A stretch of DNA of 64,000 bases from Octopus bimaculoides. Its lineage: Eukaryota. Positions 27,001 through 37,549 of the stretch are shown piece after piece. Numbering within the stretch: the stretch's first letter is position 1; every line of letters begins with the position of its first letter. The stretch spans positions 3,480,781 through 3,544,780 of the forward strand of contig NC_068986.1 in assembly GCF_001194135.2 (NCBI RefSeq). The letters run 5' to 3'. Position numbers and translations under genes: made by a program. The notes below the pieces were generated by a model. It saw only the letters and a list, made by a program, of their open reading frames with translations, had not been told where the DNA came from and did no database searches.

Positions 27001-30000
27001 ACCAAATACCACCAATCCACGTGACTTCATCATCATCATCATCATCATCGTTTAACGTTCGCTTTCCATGCTAGCATGGGTTGGACGATTTGACTGAGGA
27101 CTGGTGAAACCGGATGGCAACACCAGGCTCCAATCTAAATTTGGCAGAGTTCAGGATTCAAATTTGAGGTTTAAGATGTAACAAAATACCATTCTCAAGA
27201 TAGAGATAATTTGAGACAGAATTATCACTATGTATCATGTACTGCACAGGCACTTTTACTTATTTCTTTATTGCCCCCAAGGGGCTACACACAGAGGGGA
27301 CAAACAAGGACAGACAAACAGATTAAGTGGATTATATCGACCCCAGTGTGTAGCTGGTACTTATTTAACCAACCCCAAAAGGATGAAAGGCAAAGTCGAC
27401 CTCGGCGGAATTTGAACTCAGAACGTAGCGACAGGCGGAATACCGCTAAGCATTTCGCCCGGCGTGCTAACGTCTCTGCCAGCTCGCCGCCTTTTTTTTC
27501 TTATTTCTTTATTACCCACAAGGGGCTACACACAGAGGGGATAAACAAGGACAGACAAAGGGATTAAGTCGATTACATTGATTAATAATACAAATAAAAA
27601 GTGTAAATCATAGACAAATGAACAATAGTAGTTAGCAGTAAAAGTAACCATGAAATTTGTTCCAATGCTCAAAGAGCTTTGTAGAAGTTATTGATAGCTT
27701 CTTTCATCTAGGTAATCTAATTACCAGTGGAAGAAGGTGTTCCAGAAGTATAGTGTCTACAGTGGAGAATGAATAGGAAAATGTTTATGAGAATATTACC
27801 TCTACAGACAACAAAGGCATTCTCTCTCTTTCTTTGAGTGAAGGGTAGATTGTATGATGTTTGTGTACAAAATGCAAAGTTGTATGGTAGCAAAACCTAG
27901 GCATTGAATATGAAGAAAATATAAGGACCAGAAAGAGATGAAGCAAGCATGTTGTGTTAGATGAGTAATGTTAGTGTACACAATCAATGGACCACATGTG
28001 AGCCAAGAGAGAAAAACTGTATATACAAGATGTCAGATGGAGTGTGCAAGACAAAAGACTGATCTGATATAAACATGTAATGAGCATGGAAGATGACAGC
28101 TAGATAAAGAAGAGTGACATATTTAAAGTAGAAGGAACATGAGAAAGAGGAAAACTAATGAAGATAATAGGAGAAAGTGTTGGAAGCTGAACAGAGGATG
28201 ATGAACTTCATAAAGAAAAGGACAAAATGGTCACAACAAAAAATGGGAGCCTATGTTGACAAAGACCATACAATAATCCAAGCAAGTATGGAAAAACAGA
28301 CATAAGATGATGATGATTGCTTACTTGTTTATCAATTCTCTCCAATACAGATGGCAACATCCAGTCATCATATCCTTTCTGTTTTGCAATTTCCTTTTTT
28401 CTTTCAGCTTTTTCATAATCAGATTTTGCCTTTAAAAATAAAAAATTTGAAATTCAAAACAAAACAATAAAAGAGTCACTGTTAAAAAACTTCACTACCA
28501 TTTCAAGTGACAATTCAATCAATTTTATTTTTACCTTTCACCTATGAAAATTCTGTTTCGTTTAATTTAACTACATATTGGGGATTTTAATCCAGAGGGT
28601 GTCCACAAAGTCTGGGTACATGGGGATTAACACATACTTTAAGAAATTATTATTTCTTATATTTAATTGTTTATGATATGATTTTATTTACTCCATGTAC
28701 CCAGACTTTGTGGACACCCTGTAGCTTAACTCCACCTCCTGCCTTTTTGGAAACCTTTAGCAGAGTTACTCTATTGCAAGCATTAGGCCGAGGTCTCCAG
28801 TTTGAGACACCAAAAAGAGTCATAGTTACTGTGCTTTCTCTTCTGACAAAAACATATTTAAAAAAAAAAATTCACACAGAGTAACCAGAAGAAAACTAAC
28901 CAAACCATAAGAGACAAAATGATTCAACGTAAAGATGTGATTATGGTTTAACCCTCTAACATTCAGATTAGTCAACCAAATGTAATGCATGTTTATTCAC
29001 ATTGTCTTGAATCAATCATGCATTATCTTGTAGCTTCAAAATTTTGATGATGGAATTGTTATTTTTAGAATGACATTGTAGGGAAGGTGTGAGAGGTTGG
29101 ATCTAGATGGTTTAAATGCTAAAGGGTTAAAATTGCTACATTTTTCTGTAAGATTTAGAAACAATATCCACGCAACTACATGGTTTCAGCTTCAGCATCA
29201 CTTGCACAAGTATCTTCTAATATAGCTCTAGATCAACCAACGATTTGCGAGTGAATCTGGTAGACAGAAACTGTGTAGAAGCCCATCATATTATATATAT
29301 ATATATATAATTTTTACGGCATAACTACAGAGTTCTACCCCACAGACTTTGGAAGGTCATAACTTTCAGAAAAATGAATATTTTTTAATGAAATTTTCTA
29401 TGCATATTGTATTTATTATGTAGATCCCACTCGGTGGTGTTTCGGAGCAAGTCGTCCATAATTGTTTCATTTTTCTCTATTATGTGCGTATGTGCATCCG
29501 TAGATTTGTACTGAAGTAATATGCTGCTTCTGTTCTCTTCTACTTCTCTATTAGAAACGTTTACTTTGGAATTTACTTCTATTGAGAAAAAAAAATCGTG
29601 TGCATTTTATTTTTAACGTAAGTTTTCTTATGACGACTTCTCTCTTCTGCTTATTACTTCATTAGAAATCTACGGATGCACATACGCACATAATAGAGAA
29701 AAATGAAACAATTATGGACGACTTGCTCCGAAACACCACCGAGGGGGGAACGCTTCTCAAAAATAACCTGCAGTTGTTTCCTTCAAAATTCCTACATGCT
29801 CGAAATGTACATACATCAAGGTATATTTGTAGAAAATTTCACGAAAAAATATTAATTTTCATGGAAGTTAAGAAGAATTTAAGTGGACTCTGTTGGAATT
29901 TCCGAAAATTGTCCCCCACCCCCATTCCAAAACACTTTCACCGAACATTTTTGTATATTCGGAATCTACATAATAAATACAATATGGGGTAGAACTCTGT

Positions 30001-30674
30001 AGTTATGCCATTTTTACAATTGCTTTCCATGCTGGAAATAATACCGAGTACTTTTGCAGTCTCTTTTTGTTCCGAGTTCAAATTCCTCAGACGAGTACTG
30101 GTTCGATGTCCAAAACTTTGAGGCTGTGTGACTTTGTTAGAAAACAATAATATAATACTGATAACAATCAATCTAAAAACAAATCAAGCAATTTCGCAAA
30201 TATAATCTCTGTACGAAGTTTACGATCAAAAGTTACCCGAAATTAAAATAATTCAGGACATTCGAAATGGAAAACAAATGTTATGGATTATCTTGGATAT
30301 TTATATGAGAGGTTTGTATATATTTCAAAACGACTAATATACACACCTGAGAAAACAAACTTAATCTATAATAATTTTAAAAATTATTATTAATTACTAA
30401 TATCATTAAATATTTAAATAATGTAATATTTTGTGGTTGGGGAAGTCTTTATTTACTAATTATTGATAAAACAGGTGACTGGGTCGATTGTCAATTTCAA
30501 TGTGTATATTTGTTTCCCTTTATAGTTTTCAACTCTCACGGTTAAAATACAAAATAAGCGTTAATATTTTTCTAATGAAGACTTAACCTTTTTAATGACA
30601 TCTTGCCGAGCCTTTCTCAACTGCTCCCGTTCTTCTTCGATCGCAAAACAACTTCTAAAAGCAATTGGTTCCAT
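3432..30674 (-). CDS. CWF19L2: CWF19-like protein 2, 17 coding exons in window, 3'-terminal exon outside window (left)
   Basis: Spliced translation has [84 protein letters not shown]. Order matches CWF19L2 (CwfJ C-terminal domains). All introns GT-AG; 2469 nt in frame. Confidence 0.95.
4206..4286 (-). CDS. CWF19L2: CWF19L2 exon 16
   Basis: [27 protein letters not shown]. Confidence 0.95.
4611..5230. other. Assembly gap (further gaps: 6673-7003, 10680-10689, 14001-14264, 49565-49616)
   Basis: N runs; those at 4611, 6673 and 14001 adjoin (TA)n. Confidence 0.99.
5283..5621 (-). mobile_element. RTE 3' UTR copy with (GAT)n tail
   Basis: Matches the 3' end of the RTE at 58405-59718; CpG-rich, likely young. 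Confidence 0.85.
5778..5933 (-). CDS. CWF19L2: CWF19L2 exon 15
   Basis: [58 protein letters not shown] donor. Confidence 0.95.
7150..7300 (-). mobile_element. Highly decayed non-LTR reverse transcriptase relic
   Basis: PQGSVL motif at 7219-7238 followed by FYAE (YADD-like); otherwise degenerate. Confidence 0.35.
8690..9886 (-). mobile_element. 5'-truncated RTE LINE (ORF2 C-terminus plus 3' UTR)
   Basis: [15 protein letters not shown]..., [59 protein letters not shown]. Confidence 0.92.
10925..11041 (-). CDS. CWF19L2: CWF19L2 exon 14
   Basis: [39 protein letters not shown]. Confidence 0.95.
11114..11362 (+). mobile_element. piggyBac-type MITE family A
   Basis: TTAA on both sides, degenerate CCCTT/AAGGG ends, same body as 28952, 33767 and 61728. 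Confidence 0.7.
11825..12265 (-). mobile_element. tRNA/CORE-type SINE head joined via (TG)n to an RTE-like (GAT)n tail
   Basis: Head homologous to 41001-41388; tail homologous to 6013-6245, 8425-8675, 19945-20180 and 40610-40840. Confidence 0.7.
12295..12383 (-). CDS. CWF19L2: CWF19L2 exon 13
   Basis: (Y)[29 protein letters not shown]; CxxC of the CwfJ_C_1 domain. Confidence 0.94.
13543..13657 (-). CDS. CWF19L2: CWF19L2 exon 12
   Basis: [38 protein letters not shown], ccag/GTAAGT, ends phase 1. Confidence 0.92.
14811..14876 (-). CDS. CWF19L2: CWF19L2 exon 11
   Basis: [22 protein letters not shown], ttag/GTAAGC. Confidence 0.92.
14994..15068 (-). CDS. CWF19L2: CWF19L2 exon 10
   Basis: [25 protein letters not shown], ccag/GTAAGA. 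Confidence 0.93.
15505..15630. repeat. 27-bp tandem repeat (~4 units) in an RTE 3' UTR copy
   Basis: AGTGCTTTTTATGTGGCACCAATCAGC repeated. Confidence 0.9.
15824..16024 (-). CDS. CWF19L2: CWF19L2 exon 9
   Basis: [16 protein letters not shown]...[16 protein letters not shown]...GKKKRKKL, ttcag/GTATGT. Confidence 0.93.
16165..16761. mobile_element. Non-autonomous hAT (Charlie-like) element with internal ~270-bp duplication
   Basis: TIRs TAGAGGTTCTCAATC / GGTTGAGAACCACTG; 8-bp TSD ATCTAAGG at 16157-16164 and 16762-16769. Confidence 0.88.
17156..17322 (-). CDS. CWF19L2: CWF19L2 exon 8
   Basis: (G)[16 protein letters not shown]...[29 protein letters not shown] donor. Confidence 0.93.
17525..17785 (+). 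mobile_element. tRNA-derived SINE (third family)
   Basis: A box TGGCTCAGTGG, then ...GTGTTCTTGAGCAAGACACTTTATTTCAC; a related copy lies on minus near 26760-27010. Confidence 0.7.
19264..19876 (-). CDS. CWF19L2: CWF19L2 exon 7 (large Ser/Arg/Lys-rich low-complexity exon)
   Basis: 613-nt open exon [14 protein letters not shown]...SQFMKPGE...PRWKK...RKYSS, ends phase 1. Confidence 0.92.
20995..21180 (-). CDS. CWF19L2: CWF19L2 exon 6
   Basis: [22 protein letters not shown]...[30 protein letters not shown], atag/GTAAGT. Confidence 0.95.
21194..21315. repeat. Compound (AAT)n-(GAA)n microsatellite next to the exon 6 acceptor
   Basis: Direct reading: ~9 AAT plus ~31 GAA/GAG units. Confidence 0.95.
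21602..22021 (-). mobile_element. Foldback element with 133-bp inverted arms, probably Penelope-like pLTR-derived
   Basis: 21602-21734 is the reverse complement of 21889-22021 (~90% by eye). The spacer carries the hammerhead motif; an (ATTT)/(ATT)n tract lies just left. Confidence 0.65.
21770..21812 (-). ncRNA. Minimal type-I hammerhead ribozyme motif (slightly degenerate)
   Basis: Minus strand reads TCCAGA-CTGATGA-TGAG(CAAAGA)CTCA-GAAA-C(CT)GTC^CTTGGA: both core boxes, stem II, 2-bp stem III, GUC site and stem I (one wobble, one mismatch). Confidence 0.6.
22575..23390 (-). mobile_element. RTE LINE 3' fragment with duplicated 3' UTR segments
   Basis: ORF2 end ([15 protein letters not shown]-like) plus a twice-repeated UTR block. 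Confidence 0.8.
23823..23942 (-). CDS. CWF19L2: CWF19L2 exon 5
   Basis: [40 protein letters not shown] (RDxWM motif), ctag/GTAAAA. Confidence 0.9.
24150..25187 (+). mobile_element. Internally deleted RTE LINE: RT N-terminal domains fused to the ORF2 end, 3' UTR and (GAT)n tail
   Basis: [57 protein letters not shown].., then a jump to [10 protein letters not shown]. Confidence 0.92.
25280..25605. mobile_element. piggyBac-type MITE family B
   Basis: TTAA|CCCTT ... AAGGG|TTAA, perfect ends and TSD. Confidence 0.75.
25627..25710 (-). CDS. CWF19L2: CWF19L2 exon 4
   Basis: [36 protein letters not shown], phase 0-0. Confidence 0.82.
26579..26683 (-). CDS. CWF19L2: CWF19L2 exon 3 (Lys-rich)
   Basis: [35 protein letters not shown], tgcag/GTAAGT. 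Confidence 0.9.
27255..27489 (-). mobile_element. tRNA-derived SINE (GGCGAGCTGGCAGA-head family), young copy
   Basis: Head GGCGGCGAGCTGGCAGAGACGTTAGC..., B-box-like TTCTGAGTTCAAATTCC; many older copies (e.g. 21330-21515, 55795-55970, 60645-60840, 62730-62870). Confidence 0.8.
27660..28315 (+). mobile_element. Old decayed RTE fragment
   Basis: [20 protein letters not shown] motif and a degenerate 3' end with GATGATGAT tail. Confidence 0.55.
28325..28429 (-). CDS. CWF19L2: CWF19L2 exon 2
   Basis: [43 protein letters not shown]. Confidence 0.92.
28595..28721. mobile_element. Tc1/mariner-type MITE, copy 1
   Basis: ~29-bp TIR (C)AGGGTGTCCACAAAGTCTGGGTACATGG; TA on the right flank. Confidence 0.85.
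28952..29126 (+). mobile_element. piggyBac-type MITE family A (internally deleted)
   Basis: TTAA|CCCT ... AAAGGG|TTAA. Confidence 0.8.
29318..30009. mobile_element. Unclassified palindromic (MITE-like) element with nested inverted repeats
   Basis: 25-bp terminal IR, 22-bp IR and a perfect 78-bp IR (29430-29507 / 29666-29743). Confidence 0.8.
30588..30674 (-). CDS. CWF19L2: CWF19L2 exon 1 (start codon)
   Basis: [29 protein letters not shown], donor GTTAAG. Confidence 0.88.
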
Positions 30675-30847
30675 TTTCTCTGAATGTTTTCAACAGGAAA
30701 TTCTTATCAAACCGGTGTAATAGTCTCCATTCTAAACGGTGTTTAGTGAAACATTGATACCAATTATATTTTACCGACAAGGGAAACTGAACATTTATTT
30801 CAGTTATTTCCCAAATGGTTTTTCTCCTTACGAAATTGATGGTTCTA

Positions 30848-30962
30848 CAGGGTGTCCACAAGGTCTGGGTACATGGAGTAAATAAAATCATAACATAAAC
30901 AATTAAATAATTTCTTAAAGTATGTGTTAATCCCCATGTACCCAGACTTTGTGGATACCCTG
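30848..30962. mobile_element. Tc1/mariner-type MITE, copy 2
   Basis: TA|CAGGGTGTCCAC...GTGGATACCCTG|TA; body inverted relative to copy 1. Confidence 0.9.
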
Positions 30963-31074
30963 TACATTCTTGAGTGTTTTAATATTTTTTCTCTTAAGAG
31001 CTTTTTTTTTTTCAGCCATTCAACAACGATGCACTTTTGATGCTTATCATGAAATGAATAAGTTTATTTTTATA

Positions 31075-31749
31075 CTAGCTTAAAAGCCACCCTCTTGTGG
31101 AGGGCTCTTCATTGGACCTTGGGCCCAACAATGACTCTTCATGTATTGAGTACGTATTAAATTTTATTAAACTTGACCAATATTTTTCAAGCAATGAACA
31201 ATTTTCATCAAAACAATGAAATAATTTGTCAACTTGGAACTTATTGCAAAGCTGCAGGATAAACATTTTTTGTCTTCCCATTCAGGGGTCAGTACAATTT
31301 TTTTTTCCCGTCTAACCTCTCTCTCTCTCCCTCCCTCTCTTTCTGTTGATTGTTTTCTTTTCAATTATTACCATCACCAGTACCACCACCATTACCATAG
31401 ACACACCATTCAGACTTCTGACGCCACCACCATCAATTCCTTTGACTTCACTGCCTTCCTCTTCACCACTGTCTTTCACATCGCTTACTATCACCGTTGT
31501 CCCTGACTGCTTCAGCTACCACCACCACCACCATTATCACCGGCACCTCTGCCTCTCTCACAACTACAGTTCATACTATTACTATTACCCCATTACCATC
31601 ACAGCTATCAATCTACTAGCGTCTCTATGCCTACTATTACTCTCACCCAAACATGAGCAATAGTAGGAGCGTCAATGAATAGTGAGAGAGGGGATCAAAG
31701 TGTGACACACTGACACACAAAAATTAGTTTTCACATTTATTATATTAGA
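31075..31749 (-). mobile_element. Complete non-autonomous Helitron
   Basis: 5' TCTAATATAATAAATGTG, 3' hairpin CCCTC-N5-GAGGG 11 nt before CTAG, inserted between A and T, no TSD. Confidence 0.8.
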
Positions 31750-32149
31750 TGTAACTAGACTTACTCTGGTAAAGTATTCACGGAATTGTTTGTCAGTTTG
31801 TAGAATAGGAATTCACAGTACTTATGCATGTATATATATTTAACCTAACTTCTGGACATATTTAATTGGAACTATCCAAACAATAGTAGTCAATTTACAT
31901 GAGTAGAGGCTTTTTTTTTGTGTGATTAAAATGTAGGTTTTAAACCAATGCTAGTACAACCAGCTTTAGGAACCCTACTACAAATTGACCTGTTTCCTCA
32001 ACAAGAAACGCCACTGACTACCAACTGCTGTTCCACCACACAACATCTAAACAGCATCTATTATTTTAAATCTTTCTCTCCTTTGAGTATCCGATACAAC
32101 GGCTGTCGTAAAACTAGATCTAATAGAGAACTACTCTCCTATGTCAACT

Positions 32150-32450
32150 CACCAGTTTCACTTGACCTCAAGAAACTTCATGTAAACAAACTATTTGTAT
32201 GCTGACACAGTCAAAACGATGTTTCTGACCATGTCTAGCTCTCAAACATCGGCTTTGCTTGTCATCTCTTTGACCAGTGGCTTTCTGTTAGGTATTACTA
32301 TCATAGTACTCTCTCCAACCTACTCTCTGGTTTGTACCCAAGATTTAGCTTTGTGTACCACACATTTTTACCTCCATGCATCAGCAACTTACTTGTCATG
32401 TCCAGCAATGCCCACTCCAAGACAGATGATACCACACTTCATGTCTTCCT
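32150..32450 (+). mobile_element. Decayed CR1/Jockey-group RT relic
   Basis: HSKTDDTTLH (YADDTTL-like) and an upstream F.HV remnant. Confidence 0.4.
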
Positions 32451-33766
32451 AACCTTCTATAGAAGTGATAAACAGGAAAGATAAATTGTAGTCTGATGCT
32501 GGCTGAAACTTTGCCAATCAGCTGGATAGCATTTTTACCTCTAGTAATAAATCAAATCATTGAAATTAATTACTCCAAGACAAAAGAAAAAAAAAACGTC
32601 AGTGTTGCCATATTTAATGTGGTGAGCATTGCCTAATAATGAGGGTTTATATGGGAAGGAAGACAACTTTGAGCATGTTTAGTTTTTTTTTAAAATTTTT
32701 TTATTTTTTAGACCACATTAGTGAAGAACTATTATTTGTGATTCTCTTATTAGTTCAGCTAGTAATTTCAAGTCTATGCTTCATTGACGAAGTCTAATCA
32801 GATTGAAACATACTGAAAATTATATTCTGTACTTCCTGAAAAGATTAAAATAGTTATTATGCTAATGTTGTATGTCACCACAATTATTTCCAATTTAGTG
32901 TTTAATGTCTAACACTAACTTAACTGTTTTCTACATAATCTAGGATATTTGTGTGTGTGTAGCAGCTGTATTATCTTAGATATGTGTGCAGTACTTCTGT
33001 GAGGGTTTCTCTTGTGAGTTGTTGAAAACCAGCTACAAACCAGGGCTGTTCATATATTTTCTGATTCTAAAGCAGCAGTTTTGACAGTCAGGGCTGGAAT
33101 TAGGCTGGAAAGATCCTAAGCTATATAAAGTATGGAGAACCCCTTATTGAAAACATGTATGTCTTTTAATCCTTTTGAAACCCTAAGCTGTAGGGTTGTT
33201 CAGTTTATATCTAAATCCTACACAGTTGGCAGTGCCATAGCTGCATGGTTGCTTTAAAAGATCATCAGAATTTGTGAAATTTAGCATTAATTTCAGTGTT
33301 TTGTTGTTATTCATCAATGTGGAATTGTACGAGATTGTTTCTTTGCCCCATTTAAGAGCATTTTCAAAGTGTTTATTTATGGAAGCAGTGCATTCTGGCA
33401 AGAGGTGTCTAGACTGTATATAGATGACACTCCTTTTAAATCCTGAGAGATGAGTGGCAATAATTTAAAACTCATGTGGAGCTTCCCAGAATGTTCTGGC
33501 CAATGGAGTTGATATTCAGTTTGAAGTTCTGCATTTTAATTCCAAGACAAAAAAAAAAAAAAAATTTTATGAAAATAAGAGAAGTTCTAGAGGATTGCTA
33601 TATTTGGAATGAGAATTTAAATGACAAGTTTGATTTAAGATTATGGCTTAGTAGGCATGGTGTGATAAGGAAAAGCAGGTAAACTGGACTGGATTGGATT
33701 GGATGATAAACCGTTTGTCAAGAAAGCAGTACCCATGACAGGGTCTCTGAAACTAGGTATTCTTAA

Positions 33767-33986
33767 CCCTTTAGTATTCAGAATACTCTGTCAAATGTAA
33801 AGCTTATTTATTAACATCGTTTTGAATTAATCATGCATTATTTCATAGCTTCTAGATTTTGATGACGTGATAGTTTATTTTTAGAATGATATTGTAGGAT
33901 AAGTGTGAGAAGCTGGATCTAGCCAGCCTGAACATAAAATGGGTAGAATTTTTGGGCCATGTATAGCTGGTTTAAATACAAGGAGG
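33767..33986 (+). mobile_element. piggyBac-type MITE family A
   Basis: TTAA|CCCTT ... GGAGG|TTAA. Confidence 0.8.
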
Positions 33987-36900
33987 TTAAACTAGAAAAC
34001 GAATCTGAATGCTTCCAAAACAATGGACTTTTCTCAAGGCACCCAGAGTGTCAGGGGGTAAGTATTATGCCGGGTAGAGGATTAAATCTATCATCCAAGT
34101 AGGCAATAGCAGGATTTGAACTAAAGAAACAAGGGAACTGGAACAAATACCGTAAGGCATTTAGTGAAACATTCTTACATTTCCATCAATCCAACACCAT
34201 GAATTAATATTTTTAATTTTTAAATTAACCTTGAAAGGATGAAAGACAAAATTAACCAGTGGCATCTGAATTATTTTATTCAAGAGCTAACACCATTGTA
34301 GTAACAATAGAAGAGACAGGGGTATAATGTTTTCAGTGGGTGTAAGTATAAATGATAGAAGAGACAAAATAATGGCTTCAGCCGGTTGTTGTAACAAATT
34401 AAAGAGACAAAGGAGTTATACAGTAAGTCAGTGGTTGTATTGTTAGTGTATCGGAGGTTCACTAATTAGAGAATGTTTTAAAGTTTAGTATTCCAGATTG
34501 ACAGTTTGCTTATGGAAAGCTAACCAATCCTAGGCAATGTGATCAGAACTTGTGTGCAGAGTACTTCTACCTTGTATAGGAGCAGCAGCTGTCCATAACT
34601 GAAAAAGTTTTTGCTCAGGAAGAGAAAGCCAAAAGTTTGGTTACTATTTTATAAATATGAGGTCACTACAAACCATAAATCTTAACATACAAGACAGAAA
34701 GTGCAAGGAGAGTATGTGCATGGAAACATTACATGTCTTAGTACTGCCTGTGCTTTAGAAGGCAAATGAAGGAGTAAAGCACCATGTCTATAGAGTTCCT
34801 GTGAAGAGCAGTCACACCAGGTATTATTAACTTTGGCTGTGTGGTACAAAGGCACAAATGTGGCTCTCTGGTAATAAGTTTGCTTCTCAACCACATGGTT
34901 TCAGGTTCAGGCCCACTGCATAGCAACTTCAGCAATTGTTTTTCACTATAGCTGCAGTTTTGGTGATGGATTTGGTAGAAACTTGTATATCTTGTGTTGG
35001 TCATTTGGCTGTGACCATGCTGGGGCACTGCCTTGAAGAATTTCTAGCCAAACGAATCAACCCCAGTGTTTCATTTTTTTTTAAAGCCTGGTGCTTATTC
35101 CATTGGTCTCTTTCGCCAAACCACTAAGCTACAGGGATGTAAAAACACCAACAGCAATTGTCAAGTTATAGTGGAGGTCAAAAACAGACACACCTATATC
35201 AGGATTTTTTCAGTTTCCATCAACCAAATTCACTCACATGGACAGAAGAAGACACATACCTAATGTGTCACACAGTGTGTGTGTGTATGTGCATGTACAT
35301 ATGTCCTTGCTTTGATATCACGTGAGAGTGGTAAGCAAGCACTGTCTGTTTTCAATCTTCTGTGAAAAACGGTCAAGGGGAAATATTCAAATACTTGAAA
35401 ACAAGTGAGAGTTGGCAACAGGAAGGGCACCCAGTCATAAAAAAATCTGCCTCAACATATTTCATCATGCTAACATAAAAAAGAACATTAAAACAATGGT
35501 TTTGAAATACATAATGATAGAACATAGCCACATGAGGTTTGTGGGATATCTCATCAATCAAAAGAAAAATAAAGATGTCAATAACAAAATAAAAAAAAAA
35601 TAAAGACAGATCAAATTTCATTCCAATACTTTATTTTTCATTCTTTAAATTCCATTTCTTTTCCTTTTCCAACAGAAAAAACCATTTTAAGAAAGAGGAG
35701 TTATTCATAGATGATAACAAAATGTCTCAAGCTGCAATGGTTCATAAAGGTGCTTAGCTCTGAATTCTGTAGCATTATGTAAATAAAATGTGTCTCCCTT
35801 TGAATAGGAAACTAGTCTATCACAGGTAACAATTCCTGAACATCTACTAGTACCACCTATTCCAACTGGGTTGAACTGAGGCACATAACATTAGTGTCCT
35901 ATCCAAAGACACAGAATACTTGCTGCATGAGCAGGTAGGCAGTTCAATAACTTAATTATTCACTTGGTGATTTCATGTCTACAGATGACAACAGCAAAAG
36001 GTGGGGAAAAAAATGAGTGTCATGTTGGTGCAAGAAGGGAAATAACTGACAAACATTTTTTTTCTCAAAGAGTGGATTATGAGGAAAATGGAAAAAAAAA
36101 ACAAAAGAAAAAAGCCAAAGGGAAAGAAGTAAAATCTTTCCTTTTTCCTTTAATTTCAAAAGGAACAGCAAATAGATAATGATAATACTGGTTTCTTTCA
36201 AAATAAAATCTTTGGAATAAATCATGAAATAACAACCCAATTTTCATTCTAAGAAAAGAAAGATAATGACAAACAAATTAAGATACACATAAGAAATTCT
36301 TTGTAATAATACTTTTACTAACAAAAAAACAACAATGGGAGGAAAGAATAAATATAAAAATATACAGACAACAAAAAATATTTTATATACATCCAATAAA
36401 TATAATTATTACAGGTTGTGCTTCTGCAGGAGAAATTTATAAATATATTTCTTTATAAACTGGATGATTTGATAGCGTATGCAATTATACAGTTCCACAT
36501 TTAACGAACAGAAACCAAAAGGAAAAGAAAAAGTGCAGTTACCTGCTTTGAATACAATAACATACAAGGATATTACAATGAAGAAAAGGTTAAAACAAGT
36601 GGCTCTAACCAAGTAGAGGTATGATAGGAGGAGAGAGAAGTCTGGCAGCTAGATACATTTCCATGAACAATAATTGTAAGGAACATGGAAAGTTGTGAGA
36701 ATAACACAAAACTATTTCAAAGAAAAGAAACTTTCAAGAAACTAGAAACAGTGAACATAAATTCTTACTTTGGATTAATTAACAAGGTAACTTTGTTTTT
36801 CAAACAAGGTGATGGAGAAAAAAATGTGATGGCAAAATAGCTAAGAAGTTATAAAATCTGGAATCCGAGAAAACCTGTGACGGTCTGCATCGGTAACAAT

Positions 36901-37543
36901 AAGTTCACAGAAGAAAGTTTAGTTACTGTGAAGAGTGTAGAATCCAATGCTTCATGTTGTTACCCTTTGTCTAAGAGTGAGGAAGACAGAGTGAATAGAA
37001 GTTCTGTTTAGGTCAGAGTAATATAAATGAAGGAGGAATCGAAGCAGGAGGAAGGTCAAGATAGACAGAAGAGGGTAACGAGTTACAGGTTCTTTTGAAC
37101 TTCAATTCTGGAATTTGCAGTTCCTTCACTTCATTCATCTGACCTCTGGGCCCCTCACACCACCTCTCTTACCACTCTCCCTATAACCCACACTTTTCCA
37201 CTCCCATTTATTTATCTTACAGGTCAGGTAGCAACAGACCAACAGCGTCACTGTTTTGTCTCTTCCATTCTTGGACAAAGGTCTGAAATATCAGATTCTA
37301 CATTTTTGTAGGTGCCAGTTATCTTTCAACAACAATAAATTCCAGTATAAACCACACTCACACACACACACACACACGCATATATTTGAATATATCTATG
37401 TTTGTATATGTGCATGTATGCACACACACATATACATACGCATGCACACAACACAAACGTCCATGCTTGTGTATATTTATATATTGATAATATAAGTTCA
37501 ATTTTTAAATAGGAATACATGAATAACAACTGTATCTACATAC

Positions 37544-37549
37544 TTTATT
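37544..37549 (-). terminator. Candidate proximal poly(A) signal of the Lifeguard gene
   Basis: AATAAA on minus ~0.94 kb past the stop, followed by GT/T-rich sequence. Motif only. Confidence 0.4.

Noticed and set aside
30655-30891. 78-aa ORF upstream of CWF19L2 (and the twin [15 protein letters not shown] at 28678)
   Set aside because: Both start inside the MITE; the shared peptide reflects the repeat.
33050-33460. Possible RNase H (SDSKAAV) or GIY-YIG remnants
   Set aside because: Only short isolated motifs on opposite strands; insufficient support.
37225-37285. Apparent exon with AG/GT boundaries after the Lifeguard stop
   Set aside because: Lies in the 3' UTR or a decayed repeat, has a weak acceptor and shows no recognisable homology.
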